Position numbers and translations under genes: made by a program
Assembly (NCBI GenBank): GCA_016866645.1
Contig: VGLX01000010.1
Location: 1-14,831, forward strand
Source of the DNA: Candidatus Woesearchaeota archaeon
Lineage (GTDB): Archaea; Nanobdellota; Nanobdellia; SCGC-AAA011-G17; VGLX01
DNA length: 14,831 nt
Reading direction: 5' to 3'
Part shown: positions 7,239 to 12,732 of the stretch, piece by piece
Numbering within the stretch: position 1 is the stretch's first letter
Layout: every line of letters starts with the position of its first letter
Notes under the pieces: model-generated
Seen by the model: the letters and a program-made list of their open reading frames with translations, nothing else
Database searches by the model: none
Told to the model about the DNA's origin: nothing

Positions 7239-8021
7239 TCAACTCTTTTTTCTGAAATTGACCAAGTTTTTGACAAGGCTTACAGGTATCATCTCTAATG
7301 CGGTTACTGTCGAGTATCCGAAATCAAGCAATAGCTTGTCGCTGAAAACGTCTGTCACCATGCCGCTGGTCCCGCCTTCTAACAAAGTCCCTCTGAACGA
7401 GCATAAGGCGTAGATTATATGCGCCCTTTCAGCCACTGTCTCGTTAGTGTAAGTGTTTTTTACGCCCATATAATGCCCTGCGTCGTAAAGGCTGCCTTGG
7501 TGGGAGCATAATGCCCTTATCGTGTCGTCTCTTTTTGCGACAAATTTGTTTTTCATAGTTGAGTAGACGCATTGTTCTGTGCCAGCGTCGTAAAGCTCGC
7601 CGTTATGGGTCCTTAAGGCGAAGACACAGCCTAGCCTCTCTTTCAGCTTTGAGTCTCCTGAGTATATGGTCCCCAGGTTGGAATATACTAGTTCGCCGTT
7701 ATAATGGCATAACGAATAGGCTGCAGATAATTGTGTCAGCAGCTCATCATCTGTTAATGCATTGCTTACTCTGGTGTAGGCTCCGCAATCGTATAGTTGG
7801 CTGTCATGATAACAGAAGTCTATCACCATGTATTTTCTCTCGTTGACAAGCTCAGGCCTGATCATCGAAGGCTCCCAGACGTATATCTTCCCCCTGTTAA
7901 CTGCTGTGCTGTCCTCTACTGCTATCGCTAATCCTTGCTCGTTGAAGTCAGGTGTTGAGAGAAGAACATCAACTTTGCCTTCCAAGTCTTTATCCGGCAT
8001 GAAGCTGTCTGGAAGTTTCAT
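7239..8021 (-). CDS. Tagged repeat protein C: N-terminal MKLPDSFMPDKDLEGKVDVLL peptide plus ~35-aa repeats; paralogue of 6415-7236
   Basis: 260 aa. Repeats include FCYHDSQLYDCGAY, SLCHYNGELVYS, ALRTHNGELYDAG, ALCSHQGSLYDAG and ALCSFRGTLLEGG. It has the same domain order as gene D. Confidence 0.8.
   Translation of the reverse strand: MKLPDSFMPDKDLEGKVDVLLSTPDFNEQGLAIAVEDSTAVNRGKIYVWEPSMIRPELVNERKYMVIDFCYHDSQLYDCGAYTRVSNALTDDELLTQLSAAYSLCHYNGELVYSNLGTIYSGDSKLKERLGCVFALRTHNGELYDAGTEQCVYSTMKNKFVAKRDDTIRALCSHQGSLYDAGHYMGVKNTYTNETVAERAHIIYALCSFRGTLLEGGTSGMVTDVFSDKLLLDFGYSTVTALEMIPVSLVKNLVNFRKKS
7335..7853 (-). repeat. Five tandem intragenic ~35-aa repeats (protein level) in gene C
   Basis: The Cys/Arg position falls at residues 70, 105, 137, 172 and 207. 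The YD/YS/LE position falls at 77, 112, 144, 179 and 214. Confidence 0.65.
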
Positions 8022-8044
8022 CGCTAATGATACTCGTCAGAAGC

Positions 8045-8056
8045 TTAAATAATTTT
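8045..8056 (-). promoter_or_regulatory. Possible internal promoter AAAATTATTTAA (minus strand) for genes C-D
   Basis: Located in the 35-nt spacer between genes B and C, 23 nt upstream of the ATG at 8021. Confidence 0.4.
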
Positions 8057-8506
8057 CTAAACAGTAACAATAAACACTCGATCGAATAATGGCAAGTATT
8101 CCAATTTCTTTTTCAGAGATTCGGTAGTCTCGTGGTCGATATAAACTATCTGTATTTTACTTAAAAAAATAGCCTTGTCCAATAGTTCAACAACATCTTT
8201 TCTTCCAAACTCTTTAGTATGATAATCATATGTTTCATAATCTAGTTCCGACTTTGAATCGGTTATTACATTCTTAATCATGCGTTTTACTTCTTCATAC
8301 TTGCTTTCTTTATGCTGGTCTGATATCCAGAATATCTTTATATGCCCTCTTTTCATGGTATCCAAGTTACATCTCAATTGATGATAAATAATATTATGAA
8401 GGAAAACGTCTTGAAAACTGTCTTTAGCCTCAGTTTTTTCTTCTGAAAGCATACCAATTTTATCGTCTAAGCATTTTTCTGGCACAAATATGTCAGGTAT
8501 TTTCAT
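8057..8506 (-). CDS. Tagged protein B (150 aa): N-terminal MKIPDIFVPEKCLDDKIGML peptide plus unknown alpha/beta-looking body; low-GC cassette
   Basis: I prefer the ATG at 8506 over the track start at 8590. It restores the shared N-terminal peptide, has a GAGG 5 nt upstream, and removes an 74-nt out-of-frame overlap with gene A. Confidence 0.75.
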   Translation of the reverse strand: MKIPDIFVPEKCLDDKIGMLSEEKTEAKDSFQDVFLHNIIYHQLRCNLDTMKRGHIKIFWISDQHKESKYEEVKRMIKNVITDSKSELDYETYDYHTKEFGRKDVVELLDKAIFLSKIQIVYIDHETTESLKKKLEYLPLFDRVFIVTV

Positions 8507-8516
8507 AATGTCCTCT

Positions 8517-9209
8517 TCATCTGTCGAACAAAAGTAGGGTGGCGCTGCTGCAGAAGTAGAAGTTGCCGCTGATGTCTGAGCGATAGGCATCGTTACCTAG
8601 TGAGAGCTCAAACAGCTCGTCTTGGCTTGTGTTGCTCCTTAAATAAACGCCCATCATTCTTTTTCTGCCGTTACCATTAAATACAAAATCCACATATTCT
8701 GCTAACTTGTCCTTATCATTATTCATCGCTGCGAGCCAGAACTTATGGTTCTCGGCCTCTTTTCTTGTAAGCCTTTGGTTGTATTTGTCTTTTGTTATGT
8801 CAAGCTCTATGCCTTGCTCAGCATCGTAATTGATTGGTATGAAATCTTCGTCGAATCCTTGTTGGATGTTTTCCAATGTAGAAGACCTTTGAACTATCTT
8901 GAATTTGGCGCTTTTTGCCTTGTAGGCTATGCCTGTGACTGAGTCTATCTGGGTATTGAACAATGTTGAGTTCTTACCGTGAAGTTCATAATCAATAATT
9001 CTTGCTGTTATGTTATCAAAGAATGTGAAAGGCTTCTGTCCTTGTTCTTTTAGGTACGCGATGCATCCCGCAAATGTAAGGTCATGTATAAATTTGATAT
9101 TTTCCTTTAACATAAAGTTTGTGAGTGGTATCGTTTTTTCTTGCTCTAGTAATCCTCTTATATTAACTTCTAAACTTCTCTCCGGAAGGAATATGTTTGG
9201 TACCTTCAT
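8517..9209 (-). CDS. Tagged protein A (230 aa): N-terminal MKVPNIFLPERSLEVNIRGLL peptide plus unknown body
   Basis: The start lies 1 nt after the TAA stop of the vWA gene (TAAGATG). I recognise no family motif in the body. Confidence 0.8.
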   Translation of the reverse strand: MKVPNIFLPERSLEVNIRGLLEQEKTIPLTNFMLKENIKFIHDLTFAGCIAYLKEQGQKPFTFFDNITARIIDYELHGKNSTLFNTQIDSVTGIAYKAKSAKFKIVQRSSTLENIQQGFDEDFIPINYDAEQGIELDITKDKYNQRLTRKEAENHKFWLAAMNNDKDKLAEYVDFVFNGNGRKRMMGVYLRSNTSQDELFELSLGNDAYRSDISGNFYFCSSATLLLFDR

Positions 9210-9210
9210 C

Positions 9211-11100
9211 TTACAGCCGTTCTTCTCTGTCTCTTTCTTTGCCTTCGTAAACCTCTTTGGCCTTGCCTATGACCAGGTCGAAGAGGTCGTCTTGAGAATT
9301 CACGTAGAATACTTCGCAGCCTATGTCTTCTAGTTTCTTGACGTAGTCTTTGTATCCTGAGCCTATGCAGAATATCGCTCCTCGGTTCTTCTCGTTCAGG
9401 TCCATGACTGCTTTCAAGTAGGGGAATGCTGAGTCGAAGTTGTGGAATCCTGTGTCTGTTATTAGCAAGAACTGTTTCGGCTCTGAAGGGTTCTTGACCC
9501 ATTCGAGCATGTCCTCTTGTGGGAGTACTGTGCCTCCACCCTTGTAGGTCAGTATGACCTCATCTATAGCGTCTATGTCTTCTGTCTCGTCTAGAGTGGT
9601 TGTGTCTCTTCCTTTGGTGCTCTGGTCCTCTCCTGAGAAGTTCTTCACAGCCACTTTTACTCCTACGTTCTTCGCAGAATGCGCAGCTGCCATGGCTGCT
9701 AGGACTGCCGGAGCTATCGACTGGTTAGGATTAGTCATGCTTCCTGATGAGTCTAGGATTATGTAGAGGTCTGGCGGCCTGTCGCCTTCCTTGAATCCGA
9801 AAGTCTCCCTGTATCTCCATTTTGACGTCGTGACTCCAGGCACTGCCCTTCCTGCTGTTTGTAACGTGTACTGCAGGTCTAAGCTTTGCGGCGGGTCGCT
9901 AGGGTTCCATCTCTTCGGAGTGAACGGGTGCGCTTTGCCGGCGACTGTGTGCATCGGCCTGAACTTGACAGAGTAGTTCTCTGCTAAGTCACGGTATAAC
10001 CACTTGTTAGCTTTCTCTTCAGAGTCGAGTATTCCTGAGCCTACCATAAGCTCTTTGTATTCTTGGATTATGTTCTTGTTATCCTTACCTAATTTATTAG
10101 CTAGGCCTTTGACTTTCTCTTCTATCTCTTTCTCTAGCTGTTTCATCTTCTTCTCTAAGTCTTTCTTGTCCTTGTCTTGGCCTTGGCCGTCTTTCTTGTC
10201 ATCTTTCTTTGAGGACTTGCCTTTCTTGCCTTTCATGCCCTGCAATTGTTTTAGCATCTGCTTGAGCCTCTTAGCGTCTCCGCTGGATTCGCTTTCGAAT
10301 ATCTGCAGGTCTTTTCCTCCTTTTCCGTCTTCTTTTACGAAAGGCGCGATTATCTGGGTGAACCTGTATACCCGTTTCTCCCAGTTCCTGCAATCATACA
10401 TGTTGTCTTTGACCAATGAGTGTATCCTTTCAGCTGCTCGTTCCTGGTCTTCGCTGAACTTCTTCTTGTCGACCCATCTTCCATCCAGGTTCCAGAGCTT
10501 CTCGTAGACCCTCATGTAGACGTCCCAGCTCTTCCTCGGCGCTTTTTTCATCTCAGGGTCTGATTCTCTTCTCTGTTTGAAACGGTCGTATAAGAAGCAT
10601 ATCTTGTCCTTGTTGTCAGGCATGCCTTTCTCGTCCCCGTGCTCGACTATGTAGTTGTTGTCTACTATGTCTTCGAATATGTTTGAAAGGTTAGCGCCTA
10701 ATTCTTGGGCTTGGAAGCCGTCGGCTATGCCCTGTGATTTCAAAGCTTTGGCTGAGTTGTGAGTGAGAACGAGCTTTGTTAGCAGGTCCGTTGATATCAT
10801 CGCGTAATGGCCTACTCCGTGGAGCTCTAGTATCTCAACTGTGTCTTCCAATTCTTTCTGGTCTTTTATCATCAGGTGCTTCATCACGTGAGGCAGGCTT
10901 ACGTAAGTCTTCTTGTCGAAGTATGTCAAGAATTCCGGGGATGACTGCGGGTCTTTCAAAAGCTGCTTGGCCTCTTCAGTAACCGCCGGATCGTTATCCA
11001 GGTTGTTCTCAGTGGCCACTTTAGGCTTCGGAAGCATTGCGTAGAACCAGAACTTCCTGACTTTCTCCCAGATTTCCTGCTCTTTCTCTTCACTTATCAT
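9211..11100 (-). CDS. 629-aa protein with C-terminal von Willebrand factor A (vWA) domain with complete MIDAS; long N-terminal region of unknown fold
   Basis: LYIILDSSGSM carries the DxSxS motif, with DSSGS encoded at 9739-9753. The downstream GGGT and LLITDTG motifs supply the Thr and Asp MIDAS ligands. The vWA domain covers about residues 444-612 (9265-9771). Residues 280-345 form a K/D/E/G-rich low-complexity, coiled-coil-like linker (10066-10263). Confidence 0.9.
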   Translation of the reverse strand: MISEEKEQEIWEKVRKFWFYAMLPKPKVATENNLDNDPAVTEEAKQLLKDPQSSPEFLTYFDKKTYVSLPHVMKHLMIKDQKELEDTVEILELHGVGHYAMISTDLLTKLVLTHNSAKALKSQGIADGFQAQELGANLSNIFEDIVDNNYIVEHGDEKGMPDNKDKICFLYDRFKQRRESDPEMKKAPRKSWDVYMRVYEKLWNLDGRWVDKKKFSEDQERAAERIHSLVKDNMYDCRNWEKRVYRFTQIIAPFVKEDGKGGKDLQIFESESSGDAKRLKQMLKQLQGMKGKKGKSSKKDDKKDGQGQDKDKKDLEKKMKQLEKEIEEKVKGLANKLGKDNKNIIQEYKELMVGSGILDSEEKANKWLYRDLAENYSVKFRPMHTVAGKAHPFTPKRWNPSDPPQSLDLQYTLQTAGRAVPGVTTSKWRYRETFGFKEGDRPPDLYIILDSSGSMTNPNQSIAPAVLAAMAAAHSAKNVGVKVAVKNFSGEDQSTKGRDTTTLDETEDIDAIDEVILTYKGGGTVLPQEDMLEWVKNPSEPKQFLLITDTGFHNFDSAFPYLKAVMDLNEKNRGAIFCIGSGYKDYVKKLEDIGCEVFYVNSQDDLFDLVIGKAKEVYEGKERDREERL

Positions 11101-11110
11101 TTTTTTTATG

Positions 11111-11131
11111 AAAAAAAAAATTTGAAAAAAA
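11111..11131 (-). terminator. Oligo-T tracts (T7-CAAA-T10 on the coding strand) between the MoxR and vWA genes; possible attenuating archaeal-type terminator
   Basis: The sense-strand spacer reads TAA-TCCTC-TTTTTTT-CAAA-TTTTTTTTTT-CAT-AAAAAAA-ATG. Oligo-dT runs are the known archaeal intrinsic termination signal. Function at this position is an inference. Confidence 0.3.
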
Positions 11132-11136
11132 GAGGA

Positions 11137-12567
11137 TTATTTCTTCCTCTTTATCTTGTACTTCGTTGCTACGTAGTGGTGTATCTTCTGCAGCCAGCAG
11201 GCTAATGAGTACTTTATAGGGTCGTCGTGGCCTGATATTTCTTGTAAGCCGTGGACTTCTACTTTGTTGACGAAGTCTTCTGCTGGCATCTCGCCTTTCT
11301 CTACTTTCTCGAAGGCGTTGACTATAGCTCCGTAGTTCTCGAATATGCCGTCTTTGGCTATGGCCCTTTTGAACCCTTCTTCTGATGTCTTCATTATCAG
11401 TCCTATAAGGCCGAGCCTGTCGTTGACTATTCCTGGGCTTATCGCTTGTGCCGTCGCTGTCGGCTCTAGCTTATGGAATGTGGTGTAAGGGACTATTGTC
11501 TTGACTGTTTCTGTCGTGACCTTGTCCTCCCCTAGGAACCATGCTAGTGCTCTGCAGTAATCGTAAGTCGCTAATACGCTTCTTACTGACAGTTCGTTCT
11601 TCGTGAGCCTACAGGCCATAGTGTCCATGTAGTATTTGCATTCTGCCGGTGACTTGCAAAGCGCGTCTGGCTGCTTGTATTCGCAGCTTCCTTTGTTCAT
11701 GAACGCTATTGCGCTTGGGTTGAACTCTTGAGACGATCCCCTCATGCAGAAGTTTATCTGTGACATTAGGTAGTGGATGTAGTTCCTGGCTTCTTTCTCG
11801 AATGGTATCGCGGCTATTTCTTTTCTTATCTTTTCCAGGTCTTCTTTTGAGAGCTTAAGCTCTGCTGCCAGGTCTAAGGCTTTGGTTAGTTCTCCTCTGT
11901 CGGCAATCTGCCATTGTGTCAGCTGGTCAGGTATCGGCACTTTGACTGCTGCTCCGAACCTGTCGACGAATGGCGGTGTCATGACGAAGTTTCCTGCGTC
12001 TTGGTAGTTGGCTGTCGCGAATATCGGCCCTTCTGTCATGTGGAATATGTAGTCCATGTATTTGACTATCCCCCTGTCTACTGCGTGGTATAGCATGTCT
12101 GACTTGTCCGCTGGCAGCCTGTTGACTTCGTCTATTATGTGGACTGGGCAGGTGCAGAAGTTTCTCCATCTGACTTCTTCCTCTCCGTCTTTGACTAGTT
12201 TTCCTGTGTGAAGCCTTGCTATCATTTTCTCTTCTGTCTGTTCAGGGTTTCCGTGGATTTCTGAGTTGAGAATATCTTCTATCGGGACGTTGTGTATGAA
12301 GTGCCCTACGTATTCCGCTACTGTTGTTTTTCCTGTCCCAGGAGCTCCTCTGTAGAGCAATGAGCCTCTTTTCATCAATGAGGTTAATGTTGTGAATAGA
12401 AGTACTGGTTCGTAGCATTTCTTCTCAGGCATTTTCATCGTTACCTTGCTGTTGGCGTCTATAGGGACTTCTGAGTAGTCGCCTACGATGATGTAAGATG
12501 ATCCCATGTAGAATCCTTTGTCTTGTATATAGCTCATGATGTTCTCTAGCTTTTCTTGGTGTTTCAT
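11137..12567 (-). CDS. MoxR-class AAA+ ATPase, atypically long (476 aa) with N- and C-terminal extensions and a Cys-rich insert
   Basis: Walker A is GAPGTGKT (12325-12348), Walker B is VHIIDEVNR, sensor-1 is IFATAN. It also has PPFVDRF and the lid/sensor-2 region ELSVRSVLATYDYCRALAWFLGEDKVTTETV, which matches the MoxR pattern (GxSxRa...A.A.l.Gr..V..eDv). Confidence 0.9.
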   Translation of the reverse strand: MKHQEKLENIMSYIQDKGFYMGSSYIIVGDYSEVPIDANSKVTMKMPEKKCYEPVLLFTTLTSLMKRGSLLYRGAPGTGKTTVAEYVGHFIHNVPIEDILNSEIHGNPEQTEEKMIARLHTGKLVKDGEEEVRWRNFCTCPVHIIDEVNRLPADKSDMLYHAVDRGIVKYMDYIFHMTEGPIFATANYQDAGNFVMTPPFVDRFGAAVKVPIPDQLTQWQIADRGELTKALDLAAELKLSKEDLEKIRKEIAAIPFEKEARNYIHYLMSQINFCMRGSSQEFNPSAIAFMNKGSCEYKQPDALCKSPAECKYYMDTMACRLTKNELSVRSVLATYDYCRALAWFLGEDKVTTETVKTIVPYTTFHKLEPTATAQAISPGIVNDRLGLIGLIMKTSEEGFKRAIAKDGIFENYGAIVNAFEKVEKGEMPAEDFVNKVEVHGLQEISGHDDPIKYSLACWLQKIHHYVATKYKIKRKK

Positions 12568-12656
12568 GGTTTGGTTTACCCTCCAATGTTTTGCTGGATA
12601 TATTATTCTTATATACAGAACCCCGTTTTTTCGTCTTAGTTTAGAATTTGGAGGGG

Positions 12657-12671
12657 TATATAAACCTTTTG
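12657..12671 (-). promoter_or_regulatory. BRE/TATA-like promoter core CAAAAGGTTTATATA (minus strand) upstream of the MoxR-vWA cluster
   Basis: This 15-mer is identical to the one at 3238-3252 and lies 89 nt upstream of the ATG at 12567. Other TATA-like runs (TATATAAG and AATAATATAT, rc of 12598-12615) lie closer to the ATG, so the TSS is unresolved. Confidence 0.45.
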
Positions 12672-12732
12672 ATTAATACTTACATTATAGTAGTAACATT
12701 AAGGGTTGGTTAGTTGCTGATATCATACTTGA

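Noticed and set aside
2844-7242. Longer track starts at 2879, 3285, 6354 and 7242 (the last a TTG)
   Set aside because: Each extension either overlaps the upstream gene or precedes a better-supported internal ATG. The supporting evidence for the internal starts is a signal peptide at the N-terminus, a family-typical N-terminus, the conserved tag peptide, or a TATA box at the 23-24-nt spacing.
6547-7853. The 34-35-aa period of the C/D repeats read as TPR or PPR helical repeats
   Set aside because: The composition is Gly/Asp/Asn/Thr/Tyr/Val-rich with clear turn motifs, and it lacks the TPR small/large hydrophobic pattern. Beta structure is more likely. This needs structure prediction to confirm.
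8507-8590. N-terminal extension MPIAQTSAATSTSAAAPPYFCSTDEEDI of the track ORF 8057-8590
   Set aside because: It overlaps the 3' end of gene A out of frame. The internal ATG at 8506 restores the conserved MKIPDIF tag and has a GAGG 5 nt upstream.
9206-9502. 98-aa Arg-rich ORF (…RLRIQRLRQETRRHRLRS…) on the minus strand
   Set aside because: It lies entirely inside the vWA-domain coding region in another frame. Its extreme Arg content is typical of an off-frame reading of a GA/AG-rich gene. It has no independent start context.
10807-10821. HGVGH in the vWA protein N-terminal region as a degenerate HExxH metallopeptidase motif
   Set aside because: It lacks the catalytic Glu and has HxxxH spacing. 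I could identify no third ligand motif. I cannot support a peptidase call without a profile search.
11111-11120. A10/T10 homopolymer as a phase-variation (frameshift) switch
   Set aside because: The tract is intergenic, so length changes would not shift either reading frame. Only spacing or termination effects are possible, and those are covered in the T-tract finding.
11927-12169. 80-aa minus-strand ORF inside the MoxR gene
   Set aside because: This is an alternative-frame shadow of a gene whose own frame carries unambiguous Walker B and sensor motifs. Its composition is Arg/Ser/Gln-rich junk.
3238-12671. The identical 15-mer direct repeats read as att-like boundaries of a ~9.4-kb inserted island
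   Set aside because: There is no integrase, recombinase or tRNA target in or next to the interval. Each copy sits exactly where an operon promoter is expected and reads as a consensus BRE/TATA. The promoter explanation is more parsimonious, though a genome-wide count of the 15-mer would settle it.
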